Source of the DNA: Bacillales bacterium UBA4691
GTDB taxonomy: Bacteria; Bacillota_I; Bacilli_A; RFN20; CAG-826
Length of the DNA stretch: 64,000 nucleotides
Direction of reading: 5' to 3'
NCBI GenBank assembly: GCA_002404865.1
Contig: DHKP01000028.1
Location: 34,809 to 98,808, forward strand
Below are positions 26,880-36,215 of the stretch, one piece after another (position 1 is the first letter of the stretch; each line of letters opens with the position of its first letter). The position numbers and the translations under genes were made by a program. The notes under the pieces were generated by a model. It was not told the origin of the DNA. It saw only the letters and a list, made by a program, of their open reading frames with translations, and made no database searches.

Positions 26880-29256
26880 GTCCGCCTTTGACTTTCTCGA
26901 TGTATCCGCGGATGAGAGAAGCATTCTCATACACGTCATAGCTATCGCCGTTCGGCACGATTAACGTTGGGGCTTTTGTGACACCAAATGCCAAGGTGGT
27001 TTCTTTATTGCTCATCGCATCGATGTTTTGGTAATGAATACCTTCTTTATCAAGGAGCATTTTCGCCATCTTGCAGTTTGGGCAAGTCGCAGAAGTGAAT
27101 AACATTGGCTCAGTTACTTTTGGAAGAGCATGTTCATGCTTTTCAGCGCATGTGCAGTGGTCGCCTTCTTCACTATGGAAGATGCTTGTGGATGGATCAT
27201 AGGTCTTACGATCTTTGAATTCTTGGCTCTTCCCAGCATTCCAGTTTTTCACAGGACGGTAGTAACCAGTGATACGGCTATAGACTTCAGTCTCTTTCCC
27301 ACATACTGGGCATTTCCAGACTTCCCCAGCGAGATACCCATGGTCTGGGCAGATGGAATAAGTCGGAGACATCGTGTAATAAGGGAGCTTGTAATTTTCC
27401 GCAATCTTACGAACGAGTTTCATGCAGCTTTCCCAATTTGGAAGGCGTTGACCCAAGAAAGCGTGGAAGACGGTTCCTGATGTATAGAGAGTTTGGAATC
27501 GATCTTCGATATCCAAAGCTTGGAAGATATCGCTCGTAAATCCGACAGGAAGGTGAGAGCTATTGGTGTAATAAGGGACTTCCCCAGCTTTTCCAGCTGT
27601 GATGATGTCTGGATAACGTTCACGGTCATGTTTCGCTAAGCGATAAGAGGTTGATTCGGCTGGTGTTGCCTCGAGGTTGAAGAGGTCGCCGTATTTTTCT
27701 TGGTAATCGCTTAAGCGTGTTCTCATGTGGTTAAGAACTTCGACGGTGAAATCTTGCGCGTCTTTATGAGAGAGATCGTCTTTGAGCCAACGGGCATTGA
27801 GGCAAGCTTCGTTCATACCGACTAGACCAATCGTGGAGAAGTGGTTCTTGAATGTCCCTAAGTAATGTTTGGTATACGGGTATAATCCCGCTTCAAGTAA
27901 GGTTGTGACGGTCTTGCGTTTGATATCTAAGCTTCTCGCCGCAATATCCATCATATGGTCAAGACGAGCGTAGAAATCCGCTTTATCAGTGGCTAGATAA
28001 GCGATGCGTGGCATATTGATGGTAACAACACCGATAGAACCAGTCGATTCGCCACTTCCGAAGAAGCCGCCGGATTTTTTGCGGAGCTCACGTAAATCGA
28101 GACGTAAGCGGCAGCACATAGAGCGAACATCGCTTGGCTTCATATCACTATTGATATAGTTAGAGAAGTAAGGGGTGCCGTATTTAGCAGTCATCGTGAA
28201 GAGGAGACGGTTATTTTCCGTATCGCTCCAGTCGAAATCTTTGGTGATGGAGTAAGTTGGGATTGGGTATTGGAAGCCGCGCCCATTCGCGTCGCCTTCG
28301 ATCATGACTTCGATGAAGGCCTTGTTGATCATCGCCATTTCTTTCTTGCAATCGCCATAGGTGAAGTCCATTGGCTTTCCACCGACAAGCGCTGGAAGAT
28401 TTGCCATATCATCAGGAACGGTCCAATCTAATGTGACGTTGGTGAATGGCGCTTGTGTGCCCCAACGAGACGGAGTGTTCACGCCATAAATAAAGCTTTG
28501 GATGCATTGCTTGACTTGTTTGTAATCAAGATTGTCCGCTTTGACGAAAGGGGCTAAGTAGGTATCAAAGCTTGAGAAAGCTTGAGCACCTGCCCATTCG
28601 TTTTGCATGATGCCCAAGAAGTTCACCATTTGATTGCAAAGCGTCATTAAGTGACGAGCTGGAGTGGAAGTGATTTTGCCAGTGACTCCACCTAAGCCTT
28701 GTTGAATGAGTTGCTTTAGTGACCACCCAGCGCAATAGCCAGTTAGCATGCTTAAATCGTGAATGTGAATATCGGCATTGCGGTGAGCATCCGCGATTTC
28801 TTTATCATAAACTTGGGAGAGCCAGTAGTTAGCGGTGACGGCGCCAGAATTAGAAAGGATTAAGCCGCCGACAGAATAGGTGACTGTGCTATTTTCTTTA
28901 ACGCGCCAGTCGTTAAGGCGAAGATAACTATCGACAACTGCGGCATAGTTAAGTTCGGTTTTCTTGATGTCGCGGAGTTGAGCGTGTTTATTGCGATAAT
29001 CCATATAAGAACGAGCGACATCGACGTATTGAGCTTGGATCAATACGGTTTCAACGCTGTCTTGGATATCTTCTACCGCGATGATTTGATCTTTGACCTT
29101 TTTCGCAAAATCGGCGGTAACACGAAGTGCTAAAAGTTCAAGAATGTTTGGGGTGATGGTAACGTGCTCTTGATCGAAAGCACGGCCCATAGCAGCCTCA
29201 ATTTTCTTAATGTCAAAGTCGACGATTGAATTGTCTCTTTTCTTAACGCGCAACAT
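26869..29256 (-). CDS. nrdD: Anaerobic (class III) ribonucleoside-triphosphate reductase fused to a C-terminal thioredoxin/glutaredoxin-like domain
   Basis: 795 aa with an ATP-cone N-terminus, Zn ribbon CPDHG..CPVCG and glycyl-radical RITGYYRPV. About 110 extra residues follow, containing MLFTSATCPNCKMAK...KAPTLIVPNG. Confidence 0.92.
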   Translation of the reverse strand: MLRVKKRDNSIVDFDIKKIEAAMGRAFDQEHVTITPNILELLALRVTADFAKKVKDQIIAVEDIQDSVETVLIQAQYVDVARSYMDYRNKHAQLRDIKKTELNYAAVVDSYLRLNDWRVKENSTVTYSVGGLILSNSGAVTANYWLSQVYDKEIADAHRNADIHIHDLSMLTGYCAGWSLKQLIQQGLGGVTGKITSTPARHLMTLCNQMVNFLGIMQNEWAGAQAFSSFDTYLAPFVKADNLDYKQVKQCIQSFIYGVNTPSRWGTQAPFTNVTLDWTVPDDMANLPALVGGKPMDFTYGDCKKEMAMINKAFIEVMIEGDANGRGFQYPIPTYSITKDFDWSDTENNRLLFTMTAKYGTPYFSNYINSDMKPSDVRSMCCRLRLDLRELRKKSGGFFGSGESTGSIGVVTINMPRIAYLATDKADFYARLDHMMDIAARSLDIKRKTVTTLLEAGLYPYTKHYLGTFKNHFSTIGLVGMNEACLNARWLKDDLSHKDAQDFTVEVLNHMRTRLSDYQEKYGDLFNLEATPAESTSYRLAKHDRERYPDIITAGKAGEVPYYTNSSHLPVGFTSDIFQALDIEDRFQTLYTSGTVFHAFLGQRLPNWESCMKLVRKIAENYKLPYYTMSPTYSICPDHGYLAGEVWKCPVCGKETEVYSRITGYYRPVKNWNAGKSQEFKDRKTYDPSTSIFHSEEGDHCTCAEKHEHALPKVTEPMLFTSATCPNCKMAKMLLDKEGIHYQNIDAMSNKETTLAFGVTKAPTLIVPNGDSYDVYENASLIRGYIEKVKGGHVA

Positions 29257-29397
29257 AACATAGTCCTCCTGAAATTTGATGTGGGTTGGGGTTAGAAAGC
29301 CATAGGGTCTTAGCTTTGAAGAACCCTAGCTACAACCATTCTATACTACGAACAGAGTAAGACGCTTCTCATATGCTCTATTCGCCCTGCGCAAGAT

Positions 29398-29425
29398 ATC
29401 ATACCGAGCAAAATTCTAATTTCAA
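29398..29425 (-). promoter_or_regulatory. Putative nrdD promoter (TTGAAA-16 nt-TATGAT), implying a leader of about 135 nt
   Basis: Hexamers read on the minus strand. No experimental support. Confidence 0.35.
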
Positions 29426-29762
29426 TTATCAAAAAGACTCATCATGTGTAAGAAAACTTTTTGCTTAGGCGACGTACTCTTTTTTCTAAAGAAAAGTCGC
29501 GGTTTTGCGCCGAATTTTGAAACCCTATTTTTGGAAGAAGAAAGTCAATATCGATTTATAGCAAACTATACACTGTCTAAAGAAAGCAAAAAGTATTCGG
29601 AAGGAGTCTAAGAAAACAATTTTAATTGTAAAGATTCTTCGTTTTGAACATGGTTTTTTGACGAACGATTGAGTTTGTCGTATTCACTTAATATATTCGG
29701 AAGAGAATAAGAAAAAAATCGTAGTATATTTATTTAGATTAAAAAAGGAGAATTGTTTTTTC

Positions 29763-30494
29763 ATGAAAAAGAAGAAAAGTTTCAAAGAGCAGCAAAAGAA
29801 CTTTTGGGCGGATTTCAAAGCCTTCATGTTGCGTGGCAACGTTCTCGATCTTGCCGTTGGCGTTATCATCGGCGGCGCATTTAACGCAATCGTTACCGCG
29901 CTTGTCAATATTTTGCTTAGCGTTTGCACTTGGACGGTCCCGGGTGGCTTAAAAGGACTTGTTACGGTTTTACCCGCTGTGAACGACACTCAAGCTGGCA
30001 TGAATAGCGCAATCGGGCTAGGCCAGCAGTTCGCCGCGAGCGACTTGCAAATGCTTGCGAAAACTCAAGCGATTGCCGATTATGGCGAAAGCGTTATCGC
30101 GGAGAACCCAAACTTAATTGAGTCGGTTAAGACGACGATTCTTAGCAAATACACATTGCACGGAACAAGCTATTTTTATAATGGCAGTGCTCTTATTGAT
30201 TGGGGGACTTTTATTAATGCCATCGTTTCGTTTTTAATTATTGGCTTCACCCTATTTATCATTGTTCGGACTGTCAAAGTGATTCAAAGCAAGAATAAGG
30301 AAATCAAAGAAAAAGCCCTTGCGGAATTAAAGGCCAAAAATGAAAAAGCCGCGGAAGAAGCGATTACTCCAGTTGCGGAAGAAGCTGCACCCGCTCCTGC
30401 TGCTCCGGCTGCGCCTGCAGATATTGATGTCTTACTACAAATCCGTGACGAACTAAAGAAACTCAACGAAAAAGATAAAAAGGAAGATAAATAA
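29763..30494 (+). CDS. mscL: Large-conductance mechanosensitive channel with an expanded extracellular loop and an Ala/Pro-rich tail
   Basis: FKAFMLRGNVLDLAVGVIIGGAFNAIVTALV (TM1) and IDWGTFINAIVSFLIIGFTLFIIV (TM2). 243 aa, versus about 130-150 typical. Confidence 0.88.
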   Translation: MKKKKSFKEQQKNFWADFKAFMLRGNVLDLAVGVIIGGAFNAIVTALVNILLSVCTWTVPGGLKGLVTVLPAVNDTQAGMNSAIGLGQQFAASDLQMLAKTQAIADYGESVIAENPNLIESVKTTILSKYTLHGTSYFYNGSALIDWGTFINAIVSFLIIGFTLFIIVRTVKVIQSKNKEIKEKALAELKAKNEKAAEEAITPVAEEAAPAPAAPAAPADIDVLLQIRDELKKLNEKDKKEDK

Positions 30495-30700
30495 GTGTAA
30501 ATCATTAAAACGTCCATTCCTCCAAAAAGGAGAAACGGGCGCTTTTTTGATTAAAGAACGTCTTAAAAATAAGCTTTTATTGCGGTGATAATTAAAAATA
30601 ACCGCGCAAAACTTAGTGATTAATGCGAAAAAAGAGTTTGTAAAAACATCGCGATTCTCAGGTTAAAAAGTTAAAATTCTAAAGCTAGGCAACTATAAAA

Positions 30701-30717
30701 AATGCCAATTTGGCATT
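30701..30717 (+). promoter_or_regulatory. Perfect 17-bp palindrome AATGCCAA-T-TTGGCATT, candidate operator
   Basis: Lies immediately after a TATAAA -10-like hexamer and 30 nt upstream of the ATG at 30747. Confidence 0.4.
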
Positions 30718-30746
30718 AGCTCGTATCATTTGTGGAGGGGTATAAT

Positions 30747-31850
30747 ATGATTAGGAATTTACATTTCGAAGGAATTGAAAATTTTAGAGATTTAGGAGGC
30801 TATGAAACTCCTTATGGCCATACTCATTCTGGCGTGATTTATCGAAGTGGCTCTTTAACTAACGCGACCGACGCTGATTTAGACAAGATGGTTTCTTTAG
30901 GCATCAAAACGATTATTGATCTACGCGACCAAAATAGCCCTGTAACAAAAGTGGACCGTGTGAAAAACGATTCTCGTTTTCTGACGATTGAATGCTCCGT
31001 GAATGGAAACGGAAGGATTCCTGTGGATTACGATGATGGGGTTGCTAGCTATTTAGAAATGCTAGAAGATCCTCGCCAAGCAAGGAAAATCCTTTATTCC
31101 ATCATGAATTCTCCAAAGCCTCTTTTAATTCATTGCATGGCGGGGAAAGACCGAACAGGCGTCTTTTCTTCTTTGATTTTGCTCGCTAATGGCGTTACTG
31201 TCGATGATGTTAATGAAAACTATATGGAGTCTTTCCCGCTTCTAGCGCCCTCTACTAGGAAATTAAAACAAGAAGATCCTTCTTTCCCGCTTTTTCCTTT
31301 GACGCCCAATCAATTTTTATTTTTAGATTTCTATGACGCTTTCCTTGCTAGATGGGGAAGCGTAGATGATTATTTAGAGTGGCTGCTTTTCACAGACGAT
31401 GAAATCGAACTCTTCCATAACTTATTAGGAAAACAAGAGAAAAGCTGTGGGGCGGTTGTTTTCCATAATAATGACATCTTGGTGGAACATATGGCCATGG
31501 GGCACTATAGCATCCCTAAAGGCCATGTGGAAATTATCGACCCAAACGATGAAGCGACTGCCCTTCGCGAAATTAAAGAAGAGACGGGTCTAGATGTGCA
31601 GCTAATGAAGAGCGGGACTTATTCCATTTATTATTCGCCGAAAGTCGGTGTAGCCAAAGAAGTTAAGTTTTTTATCGCGGATGCTTCTAAGGCAAAAACA
31701 ACTCCTCAAAAAGAAGAAGTAAGCGATATTTATTGGCTTTCTCCGAATGACGCGATTCGTTGTATGTCTCATGATAGCGATCGAAAAGTCATCCAATGGG
31801 CTTGCGAGGAACGCGCTAGAATTCTTTATCACGATAAGAAAAATCAATAG
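30747..31850 (+). CDS. Fusion protein: cysteine phosphatase (CX5R) domain plus Nudix hydrolase domain
   Basis: N-terminal half has NFRDLGGY and HCMAGKDRTG. The C-terminal half has the Nudix box GHVEIIDPNDEATALREIKEETGLDV. GGAGGGG RBS lies before the ATG at 30747. Confidence 0.85.
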   Translation: MIRNLHFEGIENFRDLGGYETPYGHTHSGVIYRSGSLTNATDADLDKMVSLGIKTIIDLRDQNSPVTKVDRVKNDSRFLTIECSVNGNGRIPVDYDDGVASYLEMLEDPRQARKILYSIMNSPKPLLIHCMAGKDRTGVFSSLILLANGVTVDDVNENYMESFPLLAPSTRKLKQEDPSFPLFPLTPNQFLFLDFYDAFLARWGSVDDYLEWLLFTDDEIELFHNLLGKQEKSCGAVVFHNNDILVEHMAMGHYSIPKGHVEIIDPNDEATALREIKEETGLDVQLMKSGTYSIYYSPKVGVAKEVKFFIADASKAKTTPQKEEVSDIYWLSPNDAIRCMSHDSDRKVIQWACEERARILYHDKKNQ

Positions 31851-32725
31851 ATTGTCTTAATGATATGCTCGCAATAGGCTTTGGCGACGTTTTTGCCTGT
31901 GGCTTTTTCGATTCCGTCAATGAAGGCATTACTATTGACTTCGCATAAAATCGGGGAGCCGCTTTCTCCAAGCAATAAATCAACGCCGCAATAATCTAAA
32001 TCCAAAATACTTGCGGCTTTTTCCGCCATTTCAATGAATGAAGCAGGAGGAGCGAAGCTTTCTCCTTTCCCCCCTAAGGCGATGTTGCTACGAAAATCGC
32101 CATTTTCGTTATAGCGCTTCATACATGCGAACGCTTTTTTGTTGATGACGATGATGCGAAAATCTTTGCCAAAAGAACTACGAATAAAAGACTGATATAG
32201 GCGAGGCATATAGGCGATTTCATTTTCTTTTTCGATTAGTTCTTCGCGATTATGAACTAGGCAAACGCCTCTTCCTTGCGAACCATAATTGGTTTTGCTT
32301 ATGAAAGGATAAGCGAGCTCTTTCTCAAGATGATTTAGGAAAGATAGATCGTTTTTATTCGAATAGCAAAGAGGGGCGCTGATCGTTTTTGGCATCGCAA
32401 TGCCGTGATTCGTTAGAGCTAGGTAAGTGAGCATTTTGTCATCGCAAAGGCGTATTGCTTCGGCGTGATTGAATAAGCGGAAACCGTTTTGCTCAAGCAT
32501 ATAAGCGATATAAGGGTCTTTATCTAAGTAAATGATAAAATCCACTTTCAAATCTTTCTTTTTGAAAAAGCCGTCTTCATCAATATAAGAAAAGATCTCT
32601 GCGTTGTTGGTGATCTCGATTTCGATGCCATAATGCCGAAATTCTTCTTGGAGGCGTTCCGCTAGATGGAGCAAGCCAATATAAGCGATGTAGGCATTTA
32701 AAATAACAATCCCTTTTCGAAACAT
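31844..32725 (-). CDS. RimK-type ATP-grasp ligase
   Basis: 293 aa with GSQGRGVCLV and a C-terminal DYCGVDLL..EVNSNA ATP-grasp pattern. Confidence 0.75.
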   Translation of the reverse strand: MFRKGIVILNAYIAYIGLLHLAERLQEEFRHYGIEIEITNNAEIFSYIDEDGFFKKKDLKVDFIIYLDKDPYIAYMLEQNGFRLFNHAEAIRLCDDKMLTYLALTNHGIAMPKTISAPLCYSNKNDLSFLNHLEKELAYPFISKTNYGSQGRGVCLVHNREELIEKENEIAYMPRLYQSFIRSSFGKDFRIIVINKKAFACMKRYNENGDFRSNIALGGKGESFAPPASFIEMAEKAASILDLDYCGVDLLLGESGSPILCEVNSNAFIDGIEKATGKNVAKAYCEHIIKTIY

Positions 32726-32890
32726 GCCGCTATTATAGCTTCATCGTTATTTAAGGTGTGACATCTCTTTCAAACTTAAATTACGTCAAATAAAACTATT
32801 TGTAAAAATTTTATCGAAGAAGGCGGATTAGTTTTCTATATTTAAAGATTCTTTCTTTGAAAGGAATGGCTCACGCGTTAAACTAATTTT

Positions 32891-33877
32891 ATGACAAAAA
32901 ACGAAAACATTACGATTACTCCACAAAAAAAGAAATCACGGTTGGGCGAAATATTTCGCTTTATTGTTGTTGGCTGCCTATGCACCATTATTGATTTTGC
33001 AATCGAATATCTTTTAGGCCTTGCCTTCGCGAACAACCTTTCCTTATTAGGATCTAAAACGGTTGATGGAAACCTCATTCCTGGATATGGATCTTATTTA
33101 GCGATTTCCGTATGCGTTATTTGCGGCTTTGGGATTTCTTTATTGGTCAACTTCTTCTTTTCTAGAAAGTGGGTTTTCCAAGACGTCGATAAGAACACGA
33201 ATTACAACACCCCACGTTATTTCTGGAAATACACTTGGTTCGCGATTGGCGGATTAGCCCTTGGCGTTGGCATACAATGTTTATGCTTATGGGTCATTGA
33301 CTTAATTTGGGATATCAATCTATCTATCGATCCATTCCAAAAAGTGGATTGGGGAAAGCTTTTTCACGATGGTAATGTTGCCTTTTGGGCGTTCTTTGCG
33401 GCGTTTTGCATCAAAACCCTCATCGTTCTTTTCTACAATTATTGGACAAGAAAAGCTTTTATCTTCAAATCGCCAAAAGCAGCGATTATGGTTGATAAAG
33501 CTTCCACATCCATCAATGATGATGTCATCAAAAACCATTATCGAAGTGACGCCACCGTTTTTAGTGATTTAGTGCCAGGTGCTAAAAAAGAAGAGAAAAA
33601 AGAAGAACCGAAAATCGTACCGATGATTGAACACAAAGACGAAGAAAAGAAGAAAACAATCCCAACCAATGATAACGTTGATGTTGTTTTTGGAAAGCCG
33701 CAATTCAATTGGGGGAAACGCTTAACGAAACAAAATGTTCGCGACATGATTTATTCAAGCTTAGAAATCTATGACAAGCGAACAACGCCAGTCGCAAATA
33801 AAGCAACCATCAAAAAGATGATAGTTGATGCAATTCTAGAAGAAGAAGATAAAATGCGCCGCGGCATTGACGATTAA
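32891..33877 (+). CDS. GtrA-family membrane protein with a long hydrophilic C-terminal extension
   Basis: FRFIVVGCLCTIIDFAIEYLL and four TM segments, followed by a K/E-rich tail of about 130 aa. Confidence 0.7.
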   Translation: MTKNENITITPQKKKSRLGEIFRFIVVGCLCTIIDFAIEYLLGLAFANNLSLLGSKTVDGNLIPGYGSYLAISVCVICGFGISLLVNFFFSRKWVFQDVDKNTNYNTPRYFWKYTWFAIGGLALGVGIQCLCLWVIDLIWDINLSIDPFQKVDWGKLFHDGNVAFWAFFAAFCIKTLIVLFYNYWTRKAFIFKSPKAAIMVDKASTSINDDVIKNHYRSDATVFSDLVPGAKKEEKKEEPKIVPMIEHKDEEKKKTIPTNDNVDVVFGKPQFNWGKRLTKQNVRDMIYSSLEIYDKRTTPVANKATIKKMIVDAILEEEDKMRRGIDD

Positions 33878-33900
33878 ATAAAATCGCTTAAACAATCCGC

Positions 33901-34383
33901 CTATTCATCAAGATAGATTGTTTTTATTATAGAGAAGAATTTTGCGACCTCTTCCGTTGGCTCTTCATAATGATCGATAAAATTTTGTATGGCGGCTTCA
34001 GGAACCCATTTTTCTTTTCTACGCATTTTGTTGCGTTTAAAGCACAAGGAATAATCATGCATTTTAAAAAGGATAAGGATTGCCTTGTCATAACCTTTTA
34101 AGCGGCTCATGTAATAGTATCTACGGTAATTATCGGTGAAAGTGCTATCCTCGATTACGGTGCATTCGCCTTCGTTTTCTATAAACCATTCGTTGCCTAA
34201 CGCAATCATTTTATCGTAAAGAATGCGTCTATCTTTTGGGAACGATTGATAATCTCCCATAACGGAAAAGCGAACTTGATCGGTGTCAACGATACGGACG
34301 TTTTTGTGTGTTTTAGCATATGCTTCATTCCAAGTTGATTTTCCACTTCCAGGAACCCCACATGTCATGATGAGTGTTTTCAT
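33901..34383 (-). CDS. P-loop kinase-like ATP-binding protein (AAA_33/zeta-PNK-like)
   Basis: Walker A CGVPGSGKST; 160 aa. Confidence 0.65.
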   Translation of the reverse strand: MKTLIMTCGVPGSGKSTWNEAYAKTHKNVRIVDTDQVRFSVMGDYQSFPKDRRILYDKMIALGNEWFIENEGECTVIEDSTFTDNYRRYYYMSRLKGYDKAILILFKMHDYSLCFKRNKMRRKEKWVPEAAIQNFIDHYEEPTEEVAKFFSIIKTIYLDE

Positions 34384-34396
34384 ATTTTAATCTTTC

Positions 34397-35227
34397 CTAC
34401 ATTCTTTCTTGTTTTGTCACGATTTTAATCCCGCTGTCGCAAAGATAGACCACGCTACCTTTTTCTATTGAAGCGGTGAGATAAACGTTAGCCCCAATCG
34501 TAACTCCCTTACCGATGATGGTATTCCCTCCTAGAATCGAAGCGTTTGAATAAATGGTTACATTATCTTCGATTGTTGGGTGACGGCGATTTCCTTTGAG
34601 AAATTTGCCTCTCGATAATGATTTTGCCCCAATCGTAACGCCTTGGTAGAGTTTGACATTATCTCCAATAATCGCAGTTTCTCCTATTACAATGCCAGTC
34701 CCATGGTCGATAAAAAGCCTCTTACCGATTGTTGCGCCTGGGCTGATGTCAATGCCGGTTTCTTTATGAGCTTTCTCGCTAATGATTCTTGCGACTTGTT
34801 TCATACCGATTAAATAAAGAGGATGGGCAATTCGATAATGGAGAATTGCAGAGAATCCGGGATAGCATCGCACAATTTCTTCAATGGAATTACTCGCGGG
34901 ATCGCCGTCCAAAATGCTATCCGCCGATCCAAAAACGAGTTCTCGGATCGAGGGGAGAAGCGATAAAAAGCGCTCGCATTCTCCTTCGACGTTTTCATTG
35001 CCGCTCTCTATTAATAATTCGCTTAGCTTCTCTTTGATATTTTCAATAATCCTTGCAATATCCTCTTCTTTATAGTCGATTTTGATAAAATCGAGTGTAA
35101 TTAGTTTTTCGCAGCTCTCATAAAATGAATAAACCAAAGGAAGAGAAACATTGCTCTTTTTGTCGGCTTCTCTCTTTTGATATTCTTTTTTCATTTCTTC
35201 GATTAGATTTTGGATATTCATAATCAT
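34397..35227 (-). CDS. cysE: Serine O-acetyltransferase
   Basis: Hexapeptide repeats GTGIVIGETAIIGDNVKLYQGVTIG, immediately downstream of cysK. Confidence 0.88.
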   Translation of the reverse strand: MIMNIQNLIEEMKKEYQKREADKKSNVSLPLVYSFYESCEKLITLDFIKIDYKEEDIARIIENIKEKLSELLIESGNENVEGECERFLSLLPSIRELVFGSADSILDGDPASNSIEEIVRCYPGFSAILHYRIAHPLYLIGMKQVARIISEKAHKETGIDISPGATIGKRLFIDHGTGIVIGETAIIGDNVKLYQGVTIGAKSLSRGKFLKGNRRHPTIEDNVTIYSNASILGGNTIIGKGVTIGANVYLTASIEKGSVVYLCDSGIKIVTKQERM

Positions 35228-35235
35228 ATTTTATT

Positions 35236-36159
35236 TTATTCAAAAAGTCCTGGAACGGAGAGATACCTTTCTCCATTATCGGGAAGAACGGTCACTAAGT
35301 TTCTGCCTGGGTTATCTTTAGCAAAGCGGACTAAGGCACACACATTCGCGCCAGACGAGATGCCTACGAAAATGCCTTCTTTCCTTGCGAGTAGACGCGT
35401 GAATTCGTAAGCTTCATCGTCTTTCATTTCAACCACTTTATCAACGTAATTCAAATCAAGGACGTCTGGCTTAAAACCAGCGCCGATGCCTTGAATTTTA
35501 TGAGGGCCTTTTTTTCCTTCATTGATGAAGGGAGAGTTTTCTGGCTCAACGCCGATTGAGATGATGTTTTTATTTTGTTCTTTTAAATATCGAGAAGTTC
35601 CAGTCAAGGTTCCGCCCGTCCCGAAACTAGCGATGAAAATATCTATGTCCCCATCTAAATCGCGATATATTTCTGGTCCTGTGGTTTTATAGTGGGCTAA
35701 AGAATTATCGCAATTAGTGAATTGAGAAGGAATAAAAGCGCTCGGTAGAGATGAGGCGTACTTTTTAGCTTCTTCTATTGCTAGGCTCATTCCGCCTTTC
35801 GCGTCTACTAGACGAATATCCGCCCCGAAGGCTTTCATGATTTTTATGCGCTCGATAGAGCAATTGCTCGGCATGAAAATAGCGCATTTCATTCCTAGTG
35901 TCGCAGAGATTGCGGCAAGCCCAATCCCCGTATTTCCACTTGTTGGCTCTACGATTACGGTGTCTTTAGTGATTTCACCTCGCTTCAAAGCAAGGAGAAT
36001 CATTTCCTTCGCGATTCTATCTTTGATTGAACCGGTAGGATTAGTGCGTTCTAGTTTTGCAAAAATCCTAGCTTTTAAGGAGAAATATTTTTCCAAGCGC
36101 CTCAATTCGAGTAGAGGAGTCTCCCCGATAACGTCCAGTATACTATCTTTTACGTTCAT
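35236..36159 (-). CDS. cysK: Cysteine synthase A (O-acetylserine sulfhydrylase)
   Basis: PLP lysine motif NPTGSIKDR, plus GTGGTLTG and SSGAN. Confidence 0.92.
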   Translation of the reverse strand: MNVKDSILDVIGETPLLELRRLEKYFSLKARIFAKLERTNPTGSIKDRIAKEMILLALKRGEITKDTVIVEPTSGNTGIGLAAISATLGMKCAIFMPSNCSIERIKIMKAFGADIRLVDAKGGMSLAIEEAKKYASSLPSAFIPSQFTNCDNSLAHYKTTGPEIYRDLDGDIDIFIASFGTGGTLTGTSRYLKEQNKNIISIGVEPENSPFINEGKKGPHKIQGIGAGFKPDVLDLNYVDKVVEMKDDEAYEFTRLLARKEGIFVGISSGANVCALVRFAKDNPGRNLVTVLPDNGERYLSVPGLFE

Positions 36160-36215
36160 AAAATTTGCACCTAAATATTATAGAGGATTCAGTAGGATGT
36201 TGAGATTCTCTTCCG

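Noticed and set aside
29257-29470. NrdR boxes upstream of nrdD
   Set aside because: I searched both strands by eye for acaCwAtATaTwGtgt-like palindromes. Only weak partial matches appeared, for example around GATATC at 29395.
36160-36215. T-box or S-box leader for cysK
   Set aside because: The spacer is only 56 bp, which is too short. It contains just a TATAAT-like hexamer.
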